From NCBI GenBank assembly GCA_031423015.1, contig JANPER010000176.1, positions 4,759-68,758 on the forward strand: DNA of 64,000 nt. The letters are read 5' to 3'. This DNA comes from Planctomycetota bacterium. GTDB taxonomy: Bacteria > Planctomycetota > UBA1135 > UBA2386. Both the position numbers and the translations under genes were made by a program. Of the stretch, positions 1 through 9,071 are shown one piece after another. Each line of letters begins with the position of its first letter. The stretch's first letter is position 1. The notes beneath the pieces are model-generated. The model made no database searches and was not told where the DNA came from. It saw only the letters and a list, made by a program, of their open reading frames with translations.

Positions 1-555
1 GATGGCTGACGTTGGGCGAATGCCGAGACTCACGAGCCCGGCCCACGCCGCGCGTTGGCCGTACTGCCCGTCGAGCCGTTGGCGCAAGAGAACAAGCCCG
101 CGCTTCACGCGCGTGCGCGCGGTCTCCAGCGGCACGCGCGTGCGCCGCGCGACCTCATCGGCGGACAGCCCGTGCAGGAAGCGCAACACGATCGCGGCGC
201 GGTACGGCTCGGACAGCGCCGACACCTCGGCGGCCAGGCGCTGATGCAGCTCGGCGGTCGCGGCGATCTCGTCGCTCCCCGGCACGGCCTCCGGGCGCGC
301 GGCGGCGCCCTCGACCTTCGCGCGCTGCGCCTGCCGTCGCCCAAGCCGGCGCACGCGATGGCGCAACACGGTGTCGACCCACGCGCGCACGTTCGCCAGC
401 CGCGACGGCCGCCGCGTCATCGCCATCAGCATCGCGTCCTGCACCGCGTCGTCAGCCAGCGCCGCATCGCTCACCAGACAATGCGCCAGTCGGCGCAGGC
501 GGCCGAGGTCGGTGCCGAGGTCATCGAGTGGGTCGTCGTGGGAGTCGGGCGGCAC
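1..555 (-). CDS. ECF RNA polymerase sigma factor, runs off left edge (probably with C-terminal extension)
   Basis: Manual translation from GTG at 555, not in the ORF track: LRRLAHCLVSDAALADDAVQDAML (region 2), LSEPYRAAIVLRFLHGLSADEVARRTRVPLETARTRVKRGL (region 4); no stop before position 1. Confidence 0.85.
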   Translation of the reverse strand, partial: MPPDSHDDPLDDLGTDLGRLRRLAHCLVSDAALADDAVQDAMLMAMTRRPSRLANVRAWVDTVLRHRVRRLGRRQAQRAKVEGAAARPEAVPGSDEIAATAELHQRLAAEVSALSEPYRAAIVLRFLHGLSADEVARRTRVPLETARTRVKRGLVLLRQRLDGQYGQRAAWAGLVSLGIRPTSAI

Positions 556-645
556 GGTGGGATTGGAGTCTGCCGACACGAGTCCCGAGGCGCGCGGGAT
601 GGTTCACGATCTTCGTCGGCAGCGCCGTGCGCGCGTGGGCTCGGC

Positions 646-3600
646 CTATCGCAGATCGAACCCGCGCTCGATCGACACACCACGTCCAACGACCACATCC
701 TCGGACCGCACCACGAGCTTGGTCCCGTCGGCGGCAATCTGCTCGACGTGGATCGTGTAGGTACCGGCCAGTAACCCGCCGAGCGAGAAGTGGCCGTCGC
801 GGTCGGTACGGACGCCGCCGAGGTTCGACTCGGTCTCCTCGCCGCCCGACGCGTCGACTCGCCGCAGGGTCAACGTCACCAGGCCGTCGGCCACCGGAGT
901 TCCACGATGAAAGGCAACGCCTTGGATGGTGGCCGGCGCAAGTTGGCTGACGTCGAGGTCGCCGAGCTCGCGGGTCGCACCGGCCTCGAGGTCGACGGCG
1001 GCCACGGGGGTCTCGATCAGCAACTCGGTCGAGGTCGATGCCTGCAGCGGTCGATCCCACTGCAACACCAACTCCCAGCGTCCGGGATCGAGGCCGGTGA
1101 TCGCGAAGCGGCCGTCGGCGGCGATCGGGTAGCCAGTGTCGCGCGCGCCAGGGGAGCGCGTGATCGGTTGGCCAGGACGACGGACCGCCAGCCGCACGCA
1201 GGTGGCGTGGGGCACGGCCGGGGAACGACTGAAGCGCGCGATCAGATCCGATGGCCGCAAGCGACCCCGGAGGCCGGCGCCATGTTCGACCACCACTTCG
1301 AAGGGCGCGTCGCTGAACGCTATCGCGCTGGCCCGGAACGGTCGATGGCTCGCGCCGGTGACGAGGATGCCGAGGTCGGTGGCGGGCAACGCGCAGCGGA
1401 GTTGAGCCTCGCCGTCCGCGTTCGTCGTCGCGGTGTCGACCACGAAGGCCGTGGGCCACCGTTTCGACGAGCGCAACTGCATCGCGTCCCAGGCGTCATC
1501 GCGCGACCGTGCGAACACGTTCTCCGCCATCTCCTCGCCATGGTTCATCTGCACCAGGCGCACGATGCTGCCCCGCACGCGCGCGCCGTTGGTTGCGACG
1601 ACGCGCACCGACACAGGCCGGCGCGGCGGGAGTCGCACGACCAACGGCTCGCCCGGCGGCCGGGGCAGGTCGAAGCTCAACTGCGGGCTCATCTCGTACT
1701 CGTCACCGTCGGGGGCGACGATCAGCGACAGGCGGCCCGTGGCTGGCAGCCCCGCGAGGTCGGTGCGGCCGTCGGCATGAGGTCCGAGCCGCCAGTGCTT
1801 CCCCAGATCGGAGCGCTGGAACATCGGATCCTCGGAGCCGCCGAAGTGCACCTTGAACCGAGTGACTGAGGTGCCGGTGTCGCTGGCCACGACGCGGAGC
1901 GGCAGCGTGTGTGCGTCGCGCTGCACGACGACCAGGTCCGCGGCGCCCCACACGGCGTGCAGGACGGCGACGCCGACCTTCGTGTCGGAACCGACAAAGC
2001 TCATGGTGAGGTGGTCGCCGTCCTCGGGCTTGCGGAACACCCGGAAGCTCCCTTCTGCCCGCGTGAACCCGCGATCGTCCGACCTTGCCAGCACCCGCAC
2101 GTTGGCGATGCCGACTCCGCGCTCGTCGACGACGCGCCCGGCGATCGCGCGATCGGCGCCGAGCTTGCGCACCACGATGGTCGGCGCCGCAACGTCGGCG
2201 TCGTCGGGCACGCGGAAGCGGGCCGATGCCAAGATCTCGTAGCCCTGCGGTGCCTCCAGGATCACTTCGCCCGGATGCACCCGACTGTCCTCACGCATGG
2301 CCAGCAGACCGTAGGCATCGGTGCCGATGCCGGTCCAAGCGACGCTGATTGCGCCGAGAGTCACGACGGGGTACTCGATCACGAACCACACGTCAGGCAC
2401 GGGAAGGCCCGCGTCATCCACGACGCGCGCGCCGATGCGGGCCCCACGCAGCACGCGGATGTCGCCCAAGTCGAGCAGCCCCGGCCCGTTCACCTCGATC
2501 GTGCCGGTGACCGCGACGAACTCCTTGCCGTAGATCTCGATGTCGTGCCGCACTCCTTGCGCGAAGGGGAACGACAGCTCAAAGCGCCCGTCGCTGCCGC
2601 TCGGCGCCTCGCAGAGTCTTTTGGAGGAGTTTCCCCCGCCTCGCTCCTGCGGCGTGGCTGTGACCCAGATCGCGTGCGCGGTCTGTGGCGCGTCGTTCCA
2701 CGCGGCGATCAAGCGGCCGCGCACGGTCGCGACATTCGCAGGTGCCACCGGTTGGGTGAGAAGTTCACGCCGCGCCTCGGTTTGATCGCTGGGGACCGCC
2801 ACCGCGCTGGCCACCGGCGCTGACAGCGTCGGACCGGTCGCTTCCTCGACCGTCGCAAGCGTCGGTGTCGGGGCTGGACGTGGAACGATCTCGAGCCAAA
2901 GCAAGACCCCAACGGCGAGGGCGAGCACGCCCAAGATGACGTGTTTCATGGCGAGGATGCCTCCAGCGGTTGCAGCAACGAGTGTCGCGCCCGAAGCGGC
3001 CGCGCCGCTCGCGGCTACCGCGCCTGTTCCTACGGTCGCTTGCTCGAGCACACTGGCGCGCACCGCGGCGAGGCCGCGCCCTTCGACGGCGAGCAAACCC
3101 ACCGGCACCACGAGTGCGCGCGGCAAGACCTCGCGCAGCAGCTCGAGCGCGCGCTTGATCTGCGTGCGCACGGTCGCCGGCGGCCGCCCGAGTGCTTGCG
3201 CGATCTGCACGCCGCCGAGGCCGTGCACCAGGTGCAGCAGCAGAACCTGGCGGTAGTGCGCCGGCAGCCCCTCGAGCCCGCGCGCGATGTGCTGCGCGGC
3301 CTCCTGTGCTTCAGCGGCGTCGACCGGGCTGGTGCTCGCGCCAGGCCCCGCCGCGTCGCCGAGCACCGGCGACGGCGCACGCCCTCGGCGCCGGATCACC
3401 ACCTTGGCGCGGTTGGCGAGCACGCCGACCATCCACGGCATCAGGGGTCGCGACGCGTCGTAGTCGTCGGCGCGCTCGATCATCGCCACAAACGTGCTCT
3501 GCACGAGATCCTCAGCCTCGGCCCGATCCCCCACCAGGTGCACCGCGATGAGCAACAGTTCCGACGCCGTGGCGTCGAAGATCGCCGCCAGGGAGCGCGG

Positions 3601-3654
3601 ATCCCGCGTGGCGCGGAACGTGGCAAAGAGGTCTTCGAGGCGCGGGGCGGCCAT
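646..3654 (-). CDS. ECF sigma factor fused to a TM segment and carboxypeptidase-regulatory-like beta repeats
   Basis: AEDLVQSTF, LPAHYRQVLLLHLVHG...TVRTQIKRALELLR; hydrophobic MKHVILGVLALAVGVLLWL; repeated GRVVDERG / DGRF motifs. Confidence 0.85.
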   Translation of the reverse strand: MAAPRLEDLFATFRATRDPRSLAAIFDATASELLLIAVHLVGDRAEAEDLVQSTFVAMIERADDYDASRPLMPWMVGVLANRAKVVIRRRGRAPSPVLGDAAGPGASTSPVDAAEAQEAAQHIARGLEGLPAHYRQVLLLHLVHGLGGVQIAQALGRPPATVRTQIKRALELLREVLPRALVVPVGLLAVEGRGLAAVRASVLEQATVGTGAVAASGAAASGATLVAATAGGILAMKHVILGVLALAVGVLLWLEIVPRPAPTPTLATVEEATGPTLSAPVASAVAVPSDQTEARRELLTQPVAPANVATVRGRLIAAWNDAPQTAHAIWVTATPQERGGGNSSKRLCEAPSGSDGRFELSFPFAQGVRHDIEIYGKEFVAVTGTIEVNGPGLLDLGDIRVLRGARIGARVVDDAGLPVPDVWFVIEYPVVTLGAISVAWTGIGTDAYGLLAMREDSRVHPGEVILEAPQGYEILASARFRVPDDADVAAPTIVVRKLGADRAIAGRVVDERGVGIANVRVLARSDDRGFTRAEGSFRVFRKPEDGDHLTMSFVGSDTKVGVAVLHAVWGAADLVVVQRDAHTLPLRVVASDTGTSVTRFKVHFGGSEDPMFQRSDLGKHWRLGPHADGRTDLAGLPATGRLSLIVAPDGDEYEMSPQLSFDLPRPPGEPLVVRLPPRRPVSVRVVATNGARVRGSIVRLVQMNHGEEMAENVFARSRDDAWDAMQLRSSKRWPTAFVVDTATTNADGEAQLRCALPATDLGILVTGASHRPFRASAIAFSDAPFEVVVEHGAGLRGRLRPSDLIARFSRSPAVPHATCVRLAVRRPGQPITRSPGARDTGYPIAADGRFAITGLDPGRWELVLQWDRPLQASTSTELLIETPVAAVDLEAGATRELGDLDVSQLAPATIQGVAFHRGTPVADGLVTLTLRRVDASGGEETESNLGGVRTDRDGHFSLGGLLAGTYTIHVEQIAADGTKLVVRSEDVVVGRGVSIERGFDLR

Positions 3655-3723
3655 GTGGTGATCTGTGCGCGAACGGCGCGAACGTTTCACCATTCTGCAC
3701 CGGCGCGTCGGTGCGGGCGGAAG

Positions 3724-4059
3724 CTACGCCAACACTTCCTCGTACATCGCCGGCGTGAACCCCACCACCACCGCATCGCCGACGAGCAGCGTCGGCGCGC
3801 GCAGGTTGCCGGTCGGACCGAGCACGAGCGTGTGCAACTCCTCCGCCGCGAGCGCGCCGAGCCGGTGCACGCTGTGCGTCTTGCCCTTGCCGACCAACAA
3901 CCGCTTCCGGCCGGCGAACAGCTTGGCCAGGTCGCGCGGGCCGGCGGGTGCCTTGCGCGCGTCGCGCAGCTCGGCGATCTCGGCGTCGGCGAGGAGACCC
4001 CTCGCGCGTTCGCACGACGTTCAATTCTTGCGCAGGTACGCGAGGTCGATGGTGGTCAC
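3724..4059 (-). CDS. ArsC/Spx-like thioredoxin-fold selenoprotein (UxxC)
   Basis: GTG 4059, VTTIDLAYLRKN-TGA(4021-4023)-TSCERAR...GPTGNLRAPTLLVGDAVVVGF, TAG 3724; 112 codons on readthrough. Confidence 0.85.
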
Positions 4060-4104
4060 GTGAGCTTTGTCGAGGCGGGCCAGGCAGACGTCAAGCACGT
4101 GGCG
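3897..4104. repeat. About 200 bp direct repeat, copy A (upstream region and 5' half of the ArsC-like gene)
   Basis: Near-identical to 5054-5261 at constant offset 1157. Confidence 0.9.
3989..4005 (-). promoter_or_regulatory. Candidate bacterial SECIS hairpin
   Basis: GCGAGG-GGTCT-CCTCGC starting 15 nt after the in-frame TGA; stem retained in the duplicate at 5146-5162. Confidence 0.6.
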
Positions 4105-4153
4105 ACACGCCGGCATGTGGATGCACCCCAAGGCAAGCGCCGCGAGCCACGCG

Positions 4154-4366
4154 CTACGACTCTCGATCGCTCGGCGGCCAAGGGCCCGGCTCCGACTCGG
4201 CCACGTGCTCGCCGACCGGACCGATGCGCTTGGCGGTGCGCAACAGCAGCCAGACATCGTAGAGCTGCGCCATGATCTCGAGTCGGTGCTCCATCGCCGC
4301 GGACGACATGTCGAACGACACGCCGCGGCTTCGTTCCTTCGGGTCCGGGTCGGTGGGGTCGGTCAT
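4154..4366 (-). CDS. Small hypothetical protein coupled to the nucleotidyltransferase
   Basis: 70 aa ORF with ATGA overlap with the upstream gene; FDMSSAAMEHRLEIMAQL. Confidence 0.65.
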   Translation of the reverse strand: MTDPTDPDPKERSRGVSFDMSSAAMEHRLEIMAQLYDVWLLLRTAKRIGPVGEHVAESEPGPWPPSDRES

Positions 4367-5031
4367 GGCCTCGCGTCCGGTGGTCTGGCATCGCCTTCTA
4401 GCCGCAGCTTCTCGATGTCATCGAGATCCTTGCGACGGCCGGCCGCGCGCTTCATCTTCAGCAGGCCGCTCCGCGACACGACCTGCACGCGGCGCTCGCC
4501 GAGCTGGAACACTTCGCGCGAGGCCCACACGTCCTCTAGGCTGCAAGTGCCGCGAATCCTCGCGAGGCGCGCGAAATCTGCGGCCCGTGTAATTCGCCAC
4601 GCCCTTTCAAATTCGCCACGCCCGAGCGGCACTGGAAGCCCCAGGAATAAAGCGGCCTTGGGCCCTTCTGGTCGGCGCTGCGCCGACATGCAACCTGTGG
4701 TTGCGGCCCAAGGCCGCGATAGGAACGGGCTCACCAGGAGCAGGTCGACCGTGATCAGGTCACCGCCTTCGGCACGCGACACGCGCCACAGCCCGTGCTC
4801 GGTGGTTTTACCGGCGGCAAACGTGATCGATCCCGAATCGAGCGTGTAGCCGAGCGCCGCGAGCGCCTGCCGCACCTGGTCGAGATCAGCCGGGCGTACC
4901 AGCAGGTCGATGTCGGAGGTTAACCGTGGGTAGCCGTGGAGACCGACCGCGAAGCCGCCACAGATGGCGTAGTCGAGCCGCGCCCGCGCGAGCGCGTCGA
5001 GGATCGCGAGGAACTCCTGCCGCAGGTTCAT
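4363..5031 (-). CDS. Pol-beta-like nucleotidyltransferase carrying a 61-codon in-frame insertion
   Basis: YAICGGFAVGLHGYPRLTSDIDLLV and C-terminal MKRAAGRRKDLDDIE; ATG at 5031. Confidence 0.85.
   Translation of the reverse strand: MNLRQEFLAILDALARARLDYAICGGFAVGLHGYPRLTSDIDLLVRPADLDQVRQALAALGYTLDSGSITFAAGKTTEHGLWRVSRAEGGDLITVDLLLVSPFLSRPWAATTGCMSAQRRPEGPKAALFLGLPVPLGRGEFERAWRITRAADFARLARIRGTCSLEDVWASREVFQLGERRVQVVSRSGLLKMKRAAGRRKDLDDIEKLRLEGDARPPDARP
4537..4723. mobile_element. MITE/REP-like palindromic element, copy 1, flanked by TAGG duplication
   Basis: TAGG at 4537-4540 and 4720-4723; removing 183 bp restores SPFLEDVW; hairpins GTCGGCG-CTG-CGCCGAC and GCGGCC-CAA-GGCCGC. Confidence 0.75.
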
Positions 5032-5216
5032 TGCGCGTCGCAGTCTAGTCTCGACAACCGCTTGCGACCGGCGAACAGCTTGGCCAGGTCGCGCGGGCCG
5101 GCGGGCGCCTTGCGCGCGTCGCGCAGCTCGGCGATCTCGGCGTCGGCGAGGCGACCCCTCGCGCGGTCGCACGACGTTCAATTCTTGCGTAGGTACGCGA
5201 GGTCGATGCTGATCAC
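5028..5216 (-). pseudogene. 3'-truncated duplicate of the ArsC-like selenoprotein gene
   Basis: VISIDLAYLRKN-TGA(5178-5180)-TSCDRAR...FAGRKRL then diverges; stop overlaps the nucleotidyltransferase ATG. Confidence 0.8.
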
Positions 5217-5261
5217 GTGCGCTTTGTCCCGGCGGGCCAGGCAAACGTCAAGCGGGTGGCG
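5054..5261. repeat. About 200 bp direct repeat, copy B
   Basis: Matches 3897-4104. Confidence 0.9.
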
Positions 5262-5358
5262 GTCGTCGATCGCCTGGACCCCACGGGTCCGACTCCGACT
5301 GCGGCCGGGGCCGCACGGCTGCTGCGCGAACGAGCACCCAACGGCACGTGATCCCGAC

Positions 5359-6595
5359 TCAGTCGACGAACACGCACGCGGTGTTGCTGAAGTAGGTCCT
5401 GCCCGTGGTCAGGTTCATGGCGATCGCCTGCGCACCGACCATCAGGCTCGGCGTTCCGCTCGGCACCGGAAGGGCGAGGTCGCCCACGCCGGCAAACGAC
5501 GCAATTCCGATCGTCGGCAGCACGTGCAACGTGCTCGGATCGAGGCCGAGCTTGCCAGCGAATCCCGGTACCGACAGCCCCGCGCCGCCGAGGTGACCGA
5601 GGGCGACGACGACCCTCCAGGTATCGCTGGACAGACCCGGGACGAACACCGACAAGCCGAGCGTGCCACCGGGGGCGGCAGCGGCAGAGTTCATCGCCAC
5701 CATGTCGAGACGGGAAGGATCCCCGCCTCCTTGCAGCAGACCGCTGGTCGTCGTGATCGTGCTCCCCCCGGCACCAGTCGTTTCGAGCGGCCCGAGCGGC
5801 CCCTGGGGAACCGGCCGCGGTGGATCGGCGCGCCGGATGTCGATGGACGCGAAGGTGAGCTGCGATGTCACCGCCGCGAGCGCGTCCTCACGAAAAACAT
5901 ACGACACGGCGTTGCCGCGGCTGTCGGTGAGGAGACTCGGAGCCTGAGCCGCCCCGACCGACGACCGCAGGAGCGTGCGTTGGCCGCTCACGACCGGCCG
6001 ACCGGTGCCGTACGCACCGCGGTCGAACGCTGCCACCCTGACTTCTTGGCTCTTCTTGGCCGAGGGAGAACGACAGCGTCTCGTTGCCGTCGTGACGGCC
6101 CAACGTCGCCTCGGTGTAGTTGCCAAGCGGCAGGATGGGCAAGAGCGCGGGGAACGGAACGTCGCGACGCGAACGCAGCGTGAAGAACGCCCGCTGTGAT
6201 CGCACCACGACACACACCAGCAGGTCGTTGCTGATCGAGATGTGGTTCTCGTCGAACGCCGAGTTGAGCGAGTCGACGTCGGTGTTCTTCGTGAAGCGCG
6301 GCGGGTTCTGCGTCGCGTCGAGCGTACCGGCGATGACATCCTTGCCGCCGGCACCCGCCGCGCGGTCGACGGTCAAGGCCGCGTAGAACAGGCCAGCGGT
6401 CGAAGGAATGCGCTTCAGATCGATCTGATGCACGGCGGTGACGCCATTGCGCACGCCGGACGGGCCGAGGGCGGGATACGTGGTGAGTTTGCCAACCGCG
6501 GTCGGCGGCTCGCCGATGTACTGGGCCGCGGCGGAGGTGAGCAAGCTCGCGCCGAGGATGCTTGCTGCGGTGATGACTGGCGTGATGTGGAACAT
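5359..6595 (-). pseudogene. Secreted protein frameshifted by a 10-bp tandem duplication
   Basis: Signal peptide MFHITPVITAASILGASLLTSAAAQ; CTTCTTGGC occurs twice at 10-bp spacing (6042-6060); removing one unit joins SFSLGQ to EVRVAAF. Confidence 0.75.
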
Positions 6596-6768
6596 TCTGG
6601 ATCCGTGATGAAGTGGTCTCGATAGCCGCCGCTGACGTGATGCCTCGCGGCGTGAGGGGCACGCACGATGCGTGACGCGAGGTCGCGACCGCGCAGCCTG
6701 GGAATGCGCGCACCGGCGTAGACCGCACACTGCATTAGGGCTGGGGAGTGGCGTCGACGCGGACGGGG

Positions 6769-7194
6769 CTATGCGCCGCGAGGCCCCTCGAACAAACCAA
6801 CCCCCTCCCGCTTCGCTGCATCGCGGAGCGCTCCGTCGAAGCTCGCAAGGATCGACTTCTGCCGAAGGACGAGCTCGAGGTATGAGGCGTCGTAGACCGA
6901 GAGGTTGTGCTTCCGAGCAAGCTGCAGCGTGTCGCTGAACGTCACCGACAGCCCCAAGGTGTCCACGGTTACGGGCATCGCCCTCCAGCGGGCGAGCAGC
7001 TCGTCGACCTCTTTCGTGGTGACCACTTTCCCGCGCTCCTTCTTCAGGAGACCATTCGCAAGCTCGAGGCTCCAGATGGCAGGGACCATCGCCGTTTCGG
7101 AGCCGAAGGCCGCCATGATGCGCCGAGCTTGATCACGGAACTCGGGTTCAGCCAGGCAATGAGAGAGAGCTACCGAGGCGTCCAGGATGAACAT
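6769..7194 (-). CDS. vapC: VapC-family PIN toxin
   Basis: MFILDASVAL...WSLELAN...LSVYDASYLEL...LASFD. Confidence 0.9.
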   Translation of the reverse strand: MFILDASVALSHCLAEPEFRDQARRIMAAFGSETAMVPAIWSLELANGLLKKERGKVVTTKEVDELLARWRAMPVTVDTLGLSVTFSDTLQLARKHNLSVYDASYLELVLRQKSILASFDGALRDAAKREGVGLFEGPRGA

Positions 7195-7487
7195 CAGGAG
7201 CGTCCGTCGTCGATGGCGTCCTTGATGTCCGACTGCGAGAGCTCCACACCGCGAGCCTGGATGCGGCCGGCGATGGCGTCGAGCGCCGAGAGATTCTCGG
7301 CGACTTGAGCACGGTTGAACTGGTCCTCGAAGGGCACGAGACGTGCCACGGGCGAGCCGTGCCGGGTGATGACGATGACCTCGCCGTGCTCCACGCGGTC
7401 GAGGAGCTGGCCGAGGTTGGTCTTGGCCTCGTGTGCGCCGACGGACGCAGAGTCCTTGGTGTTAGGGGACATGTTCGGGTCGAGCAT
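7194..7487 (-). CDS. Phd/YefM-family antitoxin
   Basis: VGAHEAKTNLGQLLDRVEHGEVIVITRHGSPVARLVP; GGAGG upstream of ATG 7487. Confidence 0.9.
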   Translation of the reverse strand: MLDPNMSPNTKDSASVGAHEAKTNLGQLLDRVEHGEVIVITRHGSPVARLVPFEDQFNRAQVAENLSALDAIAGRIQARGVELSQSDIKDAIDDGRS

Positions 7488-7507
7488 AGGCCTCCGTGTC
7501 CATTTCG

Positions 7508-7525
7508 ACCAGTCCGGACCAGTCC
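7508..7525. promoter_or_regulatory. Possible TA operator
   Basis: Direct repeat GACCAGTCC x2 just upstream of the antitoxin start. Confidence 0.35.
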
Positions 7526-7624
7526 AACACATGTTGCCATGGCATGGCAATCTGGACACGGACTTCGCGCTGGGTGGCTGAGTCGAGCGTCGAGCTGCGT
7601 CCCCGCGCGGGACCGCTCCGGGAT

Positions 7625-7900
7625 GTGACGCTGAGCGAAGCGCCGCGACCTCGCTATGAACCGACCAGGTGGGTCCAGGTCGACGTACTCGACGCCGCGG
7701 GGGTGCTCATCGACTGCGACTTCGTCGGCAGGCCACTCATTGACCGTGTTCCCATCGGCGCGGACCGCGAATACGCCTGGCGCCTGCGCATCACCACCCC
7801 ACCCGAAGGCGGCGGCACGTTGATCGTGAACGGCGAAAGCGGCGAACGCGTCCGGCTACCGCTCACCCCCGACGGCGCGATCGAAGCGACCCTGCGCTGA
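7625..7900 (+). CDS. Hypothetical protein or fragment
   Basis: Protein-like composition (WVQVDVLDAAGVLID...AWRLRITTP); start uncertain. Confidence 0.35.
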   Translation: MTLSEAPRPRYEPTRWVQVDVLDAAGVLIDCDFVGRPLIDRVPIGADREYAWRLRITTPPEGGGTLIVNGESGERVRLPLTPDGAIEATLR

Positions 7901-7959
7901 CGCGCCGCGCGCGGCAACCTCTGTGACGACATCGCCAAGCTTCCGTTCTTTCCAGTTGC

Positions 7960-9061
7960 TCACTGGCGAAGCTCCTGCTCGATCTGCTCGACGGTAGGCA
8001 AGCTCCCCTCCAGCTCCTTCGGCAACGACGCCACCAACCGCGTCTGCCACTCGGCGACGCCGATCGGCTTCCTCACGTCGCGCAGCGCGTACTCCACCAC
8101 CAACTGCTTCTTCGACCGGCACAACAACAGCCCGATGCTCGGCGCGTCCTGCGCATGCCGCATCTGGTCGTCGATCGCCGACAGGTAGAAGTTCATCTTG
8201 CCCGCGTACTCCGGCCGGAACGCGCCGGCCTTCAGGTCGACGACCACGAAGCAGCGCAGCTTCAGGTGGTAGAGCAGGAGGTCCAGGAAGTAGTCGTCGC
8301 CGTCGACCTCGACGCGCACCTGCCGACCGACGAACGCGAAGCCGACCCCCAGCTCGAGCAAAAACTGCTGCACGTGCTCGATCAACCCTTGCTCGACCTC
8401 GCGTTCGCGCGCGTCGTGGGCCAACGTCAGGAAGTCAAAGACGTACGGGTCCTTCAGACTCTCCTCGGCCAGCGCCGACTGCGGCGGCGGCAGCGTGCGC
8501 GCGAAGTTCGTGATCGCCTTGCCGCGCCGCTTGCTCAGCCCGGTCGCGACCTGCTGCGTCAGCGTCGCGCGCGACCAGCCCTGTTCCATCGCGAGCTTCG
8601 CGTAGATGGCCCGTTCGTCGGTGTCCTTGACCCGTTCGAGGAGCAGCACGTGGTGCGCCCAGGGCAACAGTGCCACAGCCTGCGGCAGTGTTGGCTCGGG
8701 AGGTTCTGCCACAAGTTGTGGCAGAACTGGATCAGGCGGGAAGGCGAGGAAGAAGGCGCGCATCCGCCAGAGGTTGGGGGCCGACAGGCCATGCACGCCG
8801 GGGAACGAAGTGTTGAGGTCTGTCGAGAGGCGCTCGACCACGCGGCTGCCGTACGCACTGCGACGCTGCTCACCGACCAGGTCGCGACCGATCGCCCACT
8901 ACAGCCGCAGCAGCTCCTGGTTGGCCGCCATCGCGGCGCGCGCTTGCGCCGTGAGGGCGAGTCTTGATCCGTTCGACGAGCTGCGCGTAGCCCTTCGGCA
9001 GTGCCACAGCACGACTCGGCGCGACGCGCTTCTTCTTCGGCACTCGGAGGTCAGACTTCAT
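7960..9061 (-). pseudogene. YhcG/DUF1016 PD-(D/E)xK nuclease with frameshift and premature stop
   Basis: KDPYVFDFL, LLELGVGFAFVGRQ, DLLLYHLKLRCFVVVDLK; N-terminus has a frameshift near 8955 and TAG at 8899-8901 in ELLRL*WAIG (family LYW). Confidence 0.85.
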
Positions 9062-9071
9062 AGCACCACCC

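Noticed and set aside
8899-8901. TAG recoding (pyrrolysine or alternative code) in YhcG
   Set aside because: Accompanied by a frameshift, one base from TAC (Tyr), and TAG terminates many genes here
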